In this document: piece after piece, positions 41,743-53,000 of the stretch
Position numbering within the stretch: position 1 is the stretch's first letter
Layout of the letters: each line of letters begins with the position of its first letter
Assembly (NCBI GenBank): GCA_963808625.1
Contig: CAWEHK010000036.1
Span: 32,001-96,000, forward strand
Direction: 5' to 3'
Source of the DNA: an uncultured delta proteobacterium
GTDB lineage: Bacteria > Desulfobacterota > Syntrophobacteria > Syntrophobacterales > Syntrophobacteraceae
DNA length: 64,000 nt
The notes under the pieces: generated by a model
Told to the model about the DNA's origin: nothing
Seen by the model: the letters and a program-made list of their open reading frames with translations, nothing else
Database searches by the model: none
Position numbers and translations under genes: made by a program

Positions 41743-42167
41743 TCGAAAACCTTTTAACGTATCGAACACTAAACGATTCCAGCGGGGGAAGTCAAGCCTA
41801 AATTGTGGCGAGGTGTGCGTTTGAACCACGTGTTAAAGGGTGAAAACGGCTGGTGACCTTTCCTCGACACAAATCCTTAGGGGCCGTCCAAAAATAAAAA
41901 GCATTCTTTTACCACGAAGAACACGAAGCAACACGAAGTGATTCCTTCGAGCTCTTCGTGTCCTTCGTGGTTTGAATAAAGGCTGAAATGGGAGCACGTA
42001 AGATTCTTGGACAGTTCCTTGCGCATGGCGCCTCATGCAAAAGTGCTTTGAAATCATTCCCCCAAAGGCTATTATCCTGCCGCTTTCGCGTATTATCACC
42101 CCCTATGGTTGTGCGGGGTTGACAATGTTTAAAGCTGTTAACCATTTAAAGAATTTAGGAACGAGAA

Positions 42168-43456
42168 ATGGCAGGAGGGTTCAAGGAGGTGAGCGCTAAC
42201 GGCGTGAGCCGGCCCGCACCTCATGGCAGCAAACATTCCAAGCTGTTAAGGGCCGTCAACACCCTGGGCAGGTGGTTCCCCGAGGATGGTTTTTCCCTCT
42301 TGACCCTGGATGAGAGCGATCTCCTCAAGAAGGCCTGCAAAAAAACCGGCCTCCACGATTTTGGCGATGATTCGCTCCGGCAGCGGCTTGGAATCCTGCT
42401 CCATTCCTTCAGGACGGATGCCCATCTGAATTTCATCGGGCGGGTCTGCGCGGTTAACGACATCCTGCGGCTGCTGTGCAATCGACTCCGTCTGCAGGAG
42501 GATCGCAAACGCCATCCGGAGATTGCCGCTCAGACGATCCGACGCCCCCTCTTCATCACGGGGCTGCCACGGACCGGCTCGACCCTGTTGCATTCCCTTC
42601 TGGCCCAGGACCCCGCCAGTCGCTCACCCAAAGTGTGGGAAGTGATGCATCCTTCGCCACCCCCGGAAACGGCCTCCTACGATTCTGATCCGCGCCTGGC
42701 GGAGACCGACAGGGAGTTGAAGTGGGTGGATATTCTGATGCCGGACTTCAAGACGGCCCATCTGCTCGATGCCCGCCTTCCCCAGGAGTGCATCGCCATT
42801 ACGGGTCTTTCCTTTATGAGTTATGTTTTCGAGTCCATGTACTTCGTCACTTCCTATCGCCTCTGGCATGAGGACCGGGACAAGCTCCCCGCCTATGAAT
42901 TTCACCGGGAATTCTTGCAGCATTTGCAGTGGCGTTGTCCCGGAAGCCATTGGGTGCTCAAGGCGCCCAGTCATCTTATTGGCCCTGGATGCGCTTTTTC
43001 AGGTCTATCCCGACGCTGGAATTATCATGACCCATCGTGATCCCGTGAAAGTCCTGGCCTCGTGCGCAAGCTTTACCGAAGTGTTGCGCGGGCCCTTCAC
43101 CGATTGCCTCGACCGGAATGAACTCGGCGACGAAGTGACGCGACGATGGGAAAAGGGGGCGAAACTTGGCATTCAGTTTCGCCGGGGCAACGCCGATTTG
43201 GAGGGACGCTTTCTTGATGTATGGTATGCCGATCTGGTGCGGGAGCCCATGGCCGTGATTCGGCAGATTTACGACCATTTCGAGATGGTGCTGACGGATG
43301 ATGCCGAGCGGGCGATGCGGCGGTTTTTGGCGGAAAACCCCCAAAACAAAAGCGGCGTGCACCGTTATTCTCTGGAAACATACGGTCTCGACCGCGAGAC
43401 GCGAGCGGCGCCGCTTTCAGTTCTACACGGATTATTACGGGATCGAGCCCGAATGA
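42168..43456 (+). CDS. PAPS-dependent sulfotransferase (frameshifts ~42978 and ~43400)
   Basis: FITGLPRTGSTLL, WVLKAPSH and THRDP..VLAS. Confidence 0.88.
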
Positions 43457-43488
43457 TGAGAAAGACTGGGCCATGTTTTCCGTCAGAA

Positions 43489-44496
43489 TTGCGTCGGGAT
43501 AGCTTTGCCGAGAGGGCCGTGGGCCTCTCTATCTGGCCGTTGCCACGGTCTTTCTTCTGGATGTTGAGTGAAATCGGCTGGGCCAACATCGGCCGCCAGT
43601 TCCTCCTCATCGGCTATTCCTGGCCCCTGCTCCTGGCCCCGTTCGGCTCTGGTGAATTATCTCGGGGCCGTTTCGTGGAGTTGTCTGCTGCTGACCAGCG
43701 AAAGCCGTCCGTCGCTGGCCCGTCTGTTTTTTCTCCGGCTCGCCGGGGATTCCCTCAACCAGCTTACCCCGACCGCCTCGATGGGGGGCGAAGCCTTCAA
43801 GGCCATCCGTTTGCAGGCTGAAGGGCGTGCCCTGGGAAGAGGCGGCGGCTTCGGTGGTGATTCAAAAGGGCATCCTGGTGATGAGCCTGGTGCTGTACAT
43901 CTTCCTGGGACTGGCCCTCACGCCGTTTCTACTGCCCGGCGCTGCCGCTCACCTGGGTTATCTCAGTGTCGGAGCGCTCCTCCTGGGAACGGGGGCCCTG
44001 GCCTTTGTGATGGTGCAGCGTCAGAACCCGTGCGCCACGGCAATCCGTATCTTGGAGAAATTCCACCTCTGTCCGGCCAGGCTCAAAGCGAAGGAGACCG
44101 AATGCGCCCGCCTGGATGCCTGGTTGGCGAAGTTCTACCGGGAACATCCGGGCCGGGGTCTGCTCGCCTTGCTGCTCTTCTTTCTGAGTTGGCTGGTGCA
44201 CGGGGTGGAGGTCTATCTCTTTTTCTGGCTCATCGGCCATCCCATCACCTGGTTTCTGGCCGTCGTCCCTGGATTCCCTGGCGGTGCTTTTCGCCGCCCT
44301 GGGCTTCATGATTCCGGTCGCAGCGGGGGTGCAGGACGGCGGGACGATTCTGCTCTCGCTCGGATTTAACCTCGGAGCAACGCTGGGCGCAGCGTTCACC
44401 ATCGTGCGCCGCCTCCGGGAAGCTTTCTGGCTCTCCCTGGGACTGCTGGTGGTGGCCCGGGAAAACTCGCGGACCGTCTGCCCGGAAGGGAGCTAG
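43489..44496 (+). CDS. Flippase-like / lysylphosphatidylglycerol synthase TM domain protein; frameshifted, start approximate
   Basis: RLAGDSLNQLTPTASMGGEAFK, IP...GVQDGG and RRLRE..W..LGL; multiple TM segments. Confidence 0.75.
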
Positions 44497-44560
44497 CGGT
44501 CTCTTTTCGAAATGGGACCCTCTAAATCATCCCCGGCACTAAAAGATCGTCCAAGATTGG

Positions 44561-44597
44561 CAGACCGACGCGGTTTCGAGAGACCGCGTCGGTCTGC
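44561..44597. repeat. Hairpin repeat AGACCGAC.CGGT..ACCG.GTCGGTCT; a second copy lies at ~2369-2402
   Basis: Near-identical perfect stems at the two loci. Confidence 0.75.
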
Positions 44598-44705
44598 TTG
44601 TCACGGACAAATATTTTTCGCCTACGGCCTGACTCCTCTTTCGCGACCCAGTCGCGGCGGGGTCGGTTTTGCTGCTTATCGAGCTGACCTGCCTCCAAGG
44701 CTTTT

Positions 44706-44909
44706 GCCGATTAGCGCTATTGTTCAGCCAAACGAAGCCAAGGCTGGTCTATGCCGAAACATGCCGAAGCAAAATTCTTCAACCTGTCATTCCCGCAGGG
44801 TTTTTGAGCGGGAATCCAGCTTTCAAAGGGTCAAAACCTGGATTCCCGACAGAAGCTTTCGGGAATGACGGGTGATTACATGCATGGCTGAAGTTCGACG
44901 CTAATCGGG
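44706..44909 (+). mobile_element. MITE family A, copy 2
   Basis: TIRs CCGATTAGCG-n6-TTCAGCCA at both ends; exact 8-bp duplication AGGCTTTT (44698-44705 and 44910-44917). Confidence 0.85.
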
Positions 44910-45012
44910 AGGCTTTTTGGTCCCCGGACCGAAATCGATCCGGCTCTCATCACGTCGTAGGATCGGGCACTGGTAGTGCGCTGAGGCCCCTTCAACGGAA
45001 GCATCAAATCCT

Positions 45013-45150
45013 TTACCCGCAAGGTATGCATTCCCCTTTATCCGTAAGGCATCCAAGGCAATAGGTTACATAGCACGTGCGACATTCACTGGTGGTTTTA
45101 TCCTGCTCGAAGTCGCAGGCTGAGCAATCGATCTTGTCATCAATATCCAT
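45013..45150 (-). CDS. 45-aa cysteine-rich microprotein with four CxxC motifs (putative double zinc finger)
   Basis: Manual translation MDIDDKIDCSACDFEQDKTTSECRTCYVTYCLGCLTDKGECIPCG*, with RBS AAAGGAG just upstream. Confidence 0.75.
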   Translation of the reverse strand: MDIDDKIDCSACDFEQDKTTSECRTCYVTYCLGCLTDKGECIPCG

Positions 45151-45243
45151 GGCTATTCTCCTTTTCATCAAAAGCGAAGACAGGGGCGGTATTACTGTCC
45201 CTCGTCAAAGATAACCACGGTCTCAAAGAATTGAAGGTCAAAG

Positions 45244-45500
45244 TCACCTCGCTATCCGCTGCCTTTCTCCCCCACGGAACTGGAAGCCAACGATTGCCCT
45301 ACCCACAAAGATGTGGTTACCGATCGTCTGGGGTATTGCCACGACTGAAATCTCTCTCAGGCTCGGGTTAGCCTGGCACATTTCTCTAGCCTTTGTCCAA
45401 ATTGCATGAGCCGCTTTCATGCTTCCGTCACCGCCAATAAGGTAAAGGATGTCAAGGGCGTTTGCGGCCAAATTATACTCGTTGAGGATGAAAAGTTTCG
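45244..45500 (-). pseudogene. Internal fragment of a 6-phosphofructokinase (PfkA family)
   Basis: LDILYLIGGDGSMKAAHAI..VVAIPQTIGNHI is a decayed form of IPKTxDND. No intact N- or C-terminus. Confidence 0.7.
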
Positions 45501-45981
45501 TTCCTGGGGATTTGCTTTTTGGGAGCGCGGCATCTGCCAGCGCTTGCCGCTGTTTAATGGCGTTGGGTCGTTCCTTCCAAACAGCCCTGCAAAGCCATCC
45601 CGAAAGCCCGAGACCTGTAAGTGATTCTTGCGGGGTTCACCTATATCATGCCTGACAGCTTCTGGTGGAGGATCTGCGCAAAGCGCGTGTCACTCCACAA
45701 TCCCGGAATTACTTGTAGATCAGTGAGATGGTGATATGCTCTACCTGTGATTTCGGATCAGGAACCTTACCCCACCAGAATGTCGCGGGCGGAGTCTATT
45801 GGAAAGGAGCCTCATTTTGATCTTATTTCGTACCACGAAGGACAGGAAGAGCGCGAAGCAATCGATGCGTCTCCGTTGTTTTCTTCGTGCTCTTCCTGAA
45901 AAAAAGAAGCCTATTCTTGGACAACTCCTTTGCGTTTCCTTGACCTCGATAGGAGAGGCTGGGTGGGGGTGTCGTTCAAGT

Positions 45982-46040
45982 AAAAAAGAAAACCCGGCGC
46001 GCGCCCCACTTCCAAGTTCTCTCTCGCCGGGTTCTCTTTT
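45982..46040 (-). terminator. Probable intrinsic terminator
   Basis: AAAGAAAACCCGGCG..CGCCGGGTTCTCTTT with A/T tails, 30 nt past the stop at 46071. Confidence 0.55.
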
Positions 46041-46070
46041 ATATTTGGTCCAGATGGCCAGCCTGTGCAG

Positions 46071-46990
46071 CTAGGCCCTTCGCCTCCTCGTTGCCCAATA
46101 AGTGCTTCCCGTGATGAGCACGAAAAACATCACCAGACCCGTATAGGAAAAGGCGGGCACCGCGAATCTTGACTCGCTCCCCAGCCATTGAAACACATTT
46201 TCTGTAAAAAGCTGATTATCGGCGGTGCTTCGGTAATTATCATCCATCAGGTTCACATCACCCAAAACAACCACCCTGCCACGATTCACTTCGGCAACCG
46301 TTACCGCCGCCAGGCCGCCACCAGTCCATGCTTCTTCCTGGGAAGGAGGGGCACCGGATATCTGACCGGCCGCTCGCATCATAATTGTGGAAATGCCCTG
46401 GAATATCGGATGACTTCCAAGATTAGTGATATATAAATCAGTTGGATTTAGAGAAGATAAACCGAGTTCTGTCCCGAATTCGTGGGAAATGGGATTGATA
46501 TTAGGGTTAGGGCAATCTGTATTCTCTCCCATAATCAGCAATCCCCCGCCGCTTTCAACAAACTGCTTGATTTTATTGACCTCATCAGCCGTGTACACAC
46601 TGTTCCAGGCGGAGCCGAGACATATAACGATGATTTGATAGTCATCAAGATTAACATTTAAGATACCAGCACTACTTTCATCAACAATAAAGCCAATGCC
46701 ATTTAAAAACTGTGCTAAATTCTGGAAAACACCTGATGGGCTATAGTCCACATAAATTCCATGAGAAGTATCCCAAAGTATCCGTTTTTCACCTGCCTGC
46801 AAAACTGGTCCCGCAGCAGCCGCTGTGCTGGAGGCCCCCTTTACCCCGTCTACCAGGGGCAGGTTGGTAGTGATATCAACTTCTGCATGAAGCGATGAGG
46901 CCGTGACCAGGATTCCAAGGGCCGCGGCGAAAAGTAAAAGCAATGTCATGAAAGAAAATGGCTTTTCGTTTGAATGTCTTCCGATCTGCA
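46071..46990 (-). CDS. Secreted protein with a GATase-like (DUF4350-type) domain and an IPTL-CTERM-like sorting tail
   Basis: Signal peptide, ILWDTSHG, IKQFVESGGGLLIMGE, GRVVVLGD, N.LF.ENVFQWL and the tail VPAFS-TM-RRRRA. Confidence 0.7.
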
Positions 46991-47895
46991 TCGGTTGTCC
47001 CCCTCCCGGCTGGTGTTTGTAATCATGTTCTGGAAAGCAGACCGCAACCTGCGGCACGCAACTTCAAAACTTCCCCAATGGTCTTGAGACATTGGAGAAA
47101 TTAACCTGGAAGAGCCCAAATCGGGGCCCTCCATTGCAGCGACTCACCCGAAAACATAAAAAGACGGCATGTTCCCTTATGAATACATGGCAGGAGGAGA
47201 ATGTCAAGAAGAAACACCGCCGCCTCGCTGCTGGATTCCCTTCCGGCCACTTTCCCTCGATGCGGCGCAAGGACGGGACCATCTTTCCCTATTTGAGAGG
47301 GTGTCCAAAAAAGGCTAAAAAAGCAGCGCTGAGGTGATTGGCGCGAATCACCAGGGCGCTGTGGGAAAATCCGAAATGGTCATTCCCGCATGCTTTATCG
47401 ATGACCCTTGACGCGTCTCGACGCAATGAGGTGGTTCTCGAGAAATGCGCATGTATCAAATGGAAAATAATGATCAGAACGGACTGAAGGTCCATTAAGC
47501 AGACCTCCCCAGCCTCTCGACAGCTCCCGTGACGGACTGCCGGGTGGCACATATCGTGCTCAGGTAATACCCGGCGTTCCCGGCTGCCTCCCGATCTCGC
47601 AATCATAGCCGGGAGCAATCGCCCGAAAATCGTGCGGTATTCCTCGGTATAGGCATGCGGGGGTGGCTCCGCCTCCTTTGGGGAAGGTCTCCTGGGGGTG
47701 ACGAACTTGGTCATCTCCCTGCCGGTTTTGGGCGATCGAAGGAAATCGTGCCTGTGATCGGGTGCCGAAGCCCTGACTCAACTCGGTCCTTCACAGGGAA
47801 CTCCGTGCCGTGTTCACGTTGGGAATCGCAGTGACCGTTGACTTGCTCTTCATTTTCGCCGTTCCATGGGGTTCGCAACCTGGGGGTCGGGGCTG

Positions 47896-49111
47896 ATGCC
47901 GAGAATTGTCTCCCTCTTCATCATCGCGTCAGCCTTCATTACTTTGGTCCTGGGCAGTGTCGGCATAGCAAAACAGATGAGCCGCGAGCGCCCTGACGCT
48001 TTCGACTTTGGGACCATTTCCAACGACGCCGAAAACCGGCGGACCTTCCTTATCCCCAATGCCCGCGACCAGAAACTGCACCTTCTCACGGCCGCATCCT
48101 CCTGCGCGTGTGTGCAGATTCTATCCTACCCTCAAGAGATCGCACCCCATCGGAAAGGGGAGGTCACCGTGCGATGGCTGCCCTCCGAGCCGGGTGAAAA
48201 GGCCTGCAAGATCGTTTTCGAAACCGACGATCCCGGCAATGGACCCCTCTCATTTGAAATAAGGGCGAGCATCAAACCATCTCCCGGAGCAGCGCCGGGA
48301 GAACTGTCGCATCCTGGAGAACGCCGGAGCGGCACCAAAATACCGTCTGAATGGCTCACGAGAAGACTGAAGCCGCGCGATCCCGCCCTTGTGGTTTCCG
48401 TGGAATCCATTTTGAAGGAGATGAAGGGAAAGCCGGAAGCGATCCTGGTTGATGTGCGCCCTCGGTCCGAGTTCGAGAAATCGAGGATTCCGGGCTCCAT
48501 CCAGGTCGATTTGTTTGCGGTTAAGACAAAAAATTTGCTGAAGGCAAAACCCCTGGTCCTGGTCAACGAGGGATACAGCTGCAGCCGGCTTGAAGAAGAG
48601 GTGAAAGGGCTCAGGGATGCAGGCTTCATGGCGTCGATTCTTGACGGTGGCCTCAGCGAGTGGCGCCGGAAGGGCGGTCCCCTCGAAGGCGATGCCTTTG
48701 CGCAAAAGGACCTGAACAAAATTCCTCCCCAGATCTTTTTCCAGGAAAGGGTCTATGACAACTGGGTGGTGATCGATGCGACAACGGCAAACAAACACAT
48801 GGCGGCATCCCTTTTGCCGGAAAATATTCCCATGGTTTCATCGAATGGTCCGGAACCGCCTGCGGCTCAGCTCAAAGCGATCATGGCCAGGCGTAAGGCC
48901 ATGCCATCTCTTTTCTTCCTGATCCTCGATGACGACGGCAAAGACCAGGAAAGGCTGGAGAAGCTCCTGACGGAGGCGGGCATCAGCAGGGTGTTCTTCC
49001 TCGATGGCGGCATCGCGGGGTATCGGTCCTTTCTCGAGCAGCAGGCAGAGCCTGCTGCAATCCCAAGAACATCCAGAAAAGGTGGTCGGACGATGCGCAC
49101 CCTGCCCTTAA
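47896..49111 (+). CDS. Exported DUF1573 (Ig-like) + tandem rhodanese-like domain protein with probable C-terminal CxxCP (frameshift ~49070)
   Basis: FDFGTI..SSCACV..IAP, LVDVR..EF..SRIPGS..LDGGL.EW and a second FLDGGIAGY. An alternative frame ends GRCAPCP*. Confidence 0.75.
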
Positions 49112-50017
49112 AAAGAGCCAGCCTGATTTGTGCCGGATTTCTGTGCAGTTTTTGCCCTCACAGCCTTCTTCACCGCAAAGCATCTCCCGCAGGTCATGGC
49201 AAAGGGCTCGCGCATGGCAGCCCCGGCGCCGGTCACGATGCGGCATCTCCAGTACCGCTTCAGCTTGCAGAACGGCGAGACTCAGCTCTTGGACAAGGCG
49301 GAGCTCTGGACCTATGCCCCGGTAAAGCTGACGGCGGCCCAAAGGTGTGTGAGGCTTGATGCCAACTATCCTTATGAACTGACCGTTGACGACCTGGGGA
49401 ACCAGGTCCTTCATTTTACGTTCCACGACCTGCCCCCGTTTTCGACCAAAGTGATCCGCATCGAGGCCGATGTCGAGTTGCTGAACTCCCCCCAGACGAT
49501 TCCGGCGGCGGACCGCAATGACTTCCTGCGAGCGGAAAATCACATCGAATCGAACAGCCCCGAGGTGCTTGGCCTGGCGAAAAAGCTCAAGGCCTGGAAT
49601 ACGCTCACCACCGCCCAAAATATCTTCCGCTGGGTTTCGGAAAACATCCGGTATGCCGGATTTCACGCTGCCGACCGTGGGGCCCTCTATGCTCTCAGGA
49701 AAAGAGAGGGGGACTGCACCGAGTTCATGTCGCTTTTCGTGGCTTTGTGCCGGGCCAACGGCATCCCGGCACGAGGGGTCGGCGGCTACGTCTGTTCCGG
49801 CGACACGATCGTGAAAGCCGGCGACTATCACAACTGGGCGGAATTCTATTGGGACGGGACCTGGCACCCGGTGGACCCCCAGAAGAGAGCCTTCAGAGAA
49901 CACCCGGAACAATACGTGGCCATGAGGATCATCAGCGGTCAGACGGCAACACCGATGGGAGACTCGAATCGCTTCCGCTTCGTTGGGGAAGGGCTCAAGG
50001 TGAGAATGGAATCATGA
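49093..50017 (+). CDS. Exported transglutaminase-like protein (frameshift in the signal region)
   Basis: Triad motifs GDCTEF..RANGIPAR, YHNWAEF and WHPVDP. Confidence 0.88.
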
Positions 50018-50099
50018 TTGAGAGTTCATCAATCTTCAGCATGCTGTTGTCAGGAGATATTCATCAGGACTTGCGGTGTTCAGCAGAGGGGAAAGCACC

Positions 50100-53000
50100 A
50101 TGAGGATTGCGAAATTATATGGCAGGCTGGCAGCTTTGCTGGTCATATTGCCATTCTTTATTGCGCCTGGGGCAATTCACGCCGCTACTACCTCGGGTAG
50201 TCTCATCGGGAATGAAGTCTGGTCAGGCACCGTCACCCTCACGGGAGACATCGTTGTCCCGTCGAGCGTAACGCTGACCATTAAACCTGGAACGAGAGTT
50301 GTCTTTCCGGCAGGGTCCGACGACACGTCTGGGGGAGAGGACCCTGCGCGCACGGAGCTCATCGTTCACGGCTCACTCGTTGCTGTGGGGACAGCAGAGA
50401 GCGGGATAACATTTACCTCGGGAACACTCACCTCTCCGCAGCGGGGGGATTGGGGTGGAATCCGGTTGGTGATGGATGAGGCCAATGGATCGGTAACCAT
50501 TTCCCATGCCACGATTGAATATGCGACTTACGGGATCGCCATCCGAGCAAGAACTTGCACCCAACGGTAGTCAATCAAGAACTGCATCGATCCAGGAGAC
50601 CTCAGGGGAGGGCAATCTATGTAAGTGGTGAGGCGTGGTTCGAAGGTCTCGGTGAAAATCAGTGGACAACCTTACTCCGGAATCACAATGGGAAGGGCCT
50701 TTACGGTTATGCAACAGACCTGGAACGGAGCTTTCCGGGGAGATTTCCGGAAAATCTGATTGAATACAACGGCTGGAAATGGGCTGGTTGTATCTGTATG
50801 CAACGGCAGCGGGAGCGATTTGGCGATAGATCGCAACACCGTTCACGACAACCAGGAATACGGGATCATCCTCGAATCGACGTGATAATTATACTGCTGA
50901 CTGCTCATGCTCTCTTCAAGAGTTCGCGACAACAAGGTTTATGCGACCGGTATGGGTATTTACTTCGAAGCGTACTCATTCCGGGATGGAGGTGGAGATT
51001 GTTGGCAACGAGGTTTATCAGGGGTTGGTCGGGATTTACTTGCCACAGTTCCGGAGGTCATGGCCAAACAGTGCATACGGTGATCATGGGCAATGATGTA
51101 CATGATAACAGCCAGCATGGGATTTCTTGTTTTTCCGATATCGGTGATCTCCGACTGAACCCGGAAATCATCGGAAACCGAATTTATCAGAATGGTTCCG
51201 ACGGCATTCACTGCACGCGAAGGAAATACATGGCCTCAAGTCACAATTGAGCCGCTGATTGCACTGAATACATGTTCGAAAATGGCGGTCTGGGGGATTA
51301 CCTGTGAGGCGACCAAGGCTGTTAAGGTGGTCTTCAACGATATTCACAACAACGTTGGGGATGGATTGGCTATGTTGAGGGGCCGAGAGAAGTCGATTGT
51401 CGCATATAACAACCTAATGGAGAATAGAGGAAGTTACGAACTGGTGAATGGAGCGGTGGCCGCCGACGCCCGCTTCAATTTCTGGGGAGAGGCGACGACC
51501 GCTGGAAATGGAAGCAGGCGAGAACCCGAAGAACATCAGCAGGATTTACGATTCACTTGACTACGATTACCCGAACCAATGGAGCCTGGTGGATTATTCT
51601 CCCTGGTTGACAGGCCCGGTGACTCTTCCTGATACGCCGACCTCCAGGATCATCTCACCTGTAAACGGCAGCACCCTGGAGGTATCGGTGCTGCGCATCG
51701 AAGGGATTGCAGCGTCAATTAATGGTGTGCTGCGCGTCGAAGTAAGCCCCGACAATGGTGCCACCTGGTATGAGGCGGAGGGGACCGATTTCTGGAGCTA
51801 CCACTGGCTGGTTCCGCGAGTTGGTACCTATACCTTTCTCTCGCGGATGACCGACCGCGCGGGTCATGTGGAAACTCCTGGTGAGGGCGTGCGGGTGACA
51901 CTGGATGAGAGCATCCCTACAACCTCGGGAGCTTTGCCCGATGATGAGTGCTGGTCGGGCGAAGTGGTAATTACCGGCGATGTGATCGTGCCTCGTGGAG
52001 TCACCCTGACCATCCAACCCGGGACCGTGATTCGATTCCCAGCACTGAATGATGATCAATATGGAGGAAACGACATCTCCCGGAGCGAAATGATCGTCAG
52101 GGGCTCCCTTATTGCGGTGGGGACGGAGGAGAACCCGATCGTATTCAGTTCGGCATCATCGAGCCCGGCTCCCGGCGACTGGGGTGGAATCCAGGTCGTG
52201 ACCGATGAAGCCGATGGAACGGTAAGGCTTTCTCACGCAACAATTGAATACGCCAGTGTTGGGCTGGCCGTTTCGGCGCGTTTTTATTACTCCTCGGTGA
52301 CGATTGATCACTGCAGCATCCAGTATAACCTGGGCGATGGGATCAACATCAGTGGCGCGTATTATTCGAAAGTCGCGCTCGCGCTTATCGGGAACCTTGT
52401 TCGGAGTAATGGTGGAAAGGGGATTTCCTGCTTCTGAATCGGATATGATGCCGTGTTGACCGGTGAAATCTCGGAAAACTTGATCGAGAACAACGGTGGG
52501 AGCGGTATTGAGATCCAGACATCTTATGGTGCCAGAAGTGATTTGACAATAGCGGGCAACACCATTCACGACAACCGGGATTATGGAATTCTTTTGTACT
52601 CAGAATATTTTGGTGACGCCGACGTTTCTTCCATAAGAGTGCGTGGTAACACGATTTATGCGAGCGGCAAGGGGATTTTCTGTTCCACCTATTGGACCGG
52701 GATGGATGTTGAGATCAGCGGAAATGAGCTCTATAATGGAACTACAGGCGTATCCTGTTACACTGCCGGAATTCGGAACCAATCGCTCCGCGCGACGATT
52801 ACCCGGAATAATATTCATGACAACTCTGACCGAGGAATTCACTGTTACGCCGACTGGGGGGACACGAATCTCTATCCGGAGATTATCGCCAATCATGTCC
52901 ACCGCAACAGCGGTGGTGGAATCCGCTGTGCGAGAGCTGAACTGGTGCTGCCCGCCGCCTGTAATCGAACCTGTGATCACATTGAATACGATCCATGATA

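Noticed and set aside
47866..49359. Rhodanese ORF running into the transglutaminase N-terminus
   Set aside because: Frame switches explain it: the alternative frame ends CAPCP* at 49111 and the TGase begins at ATG 49093.
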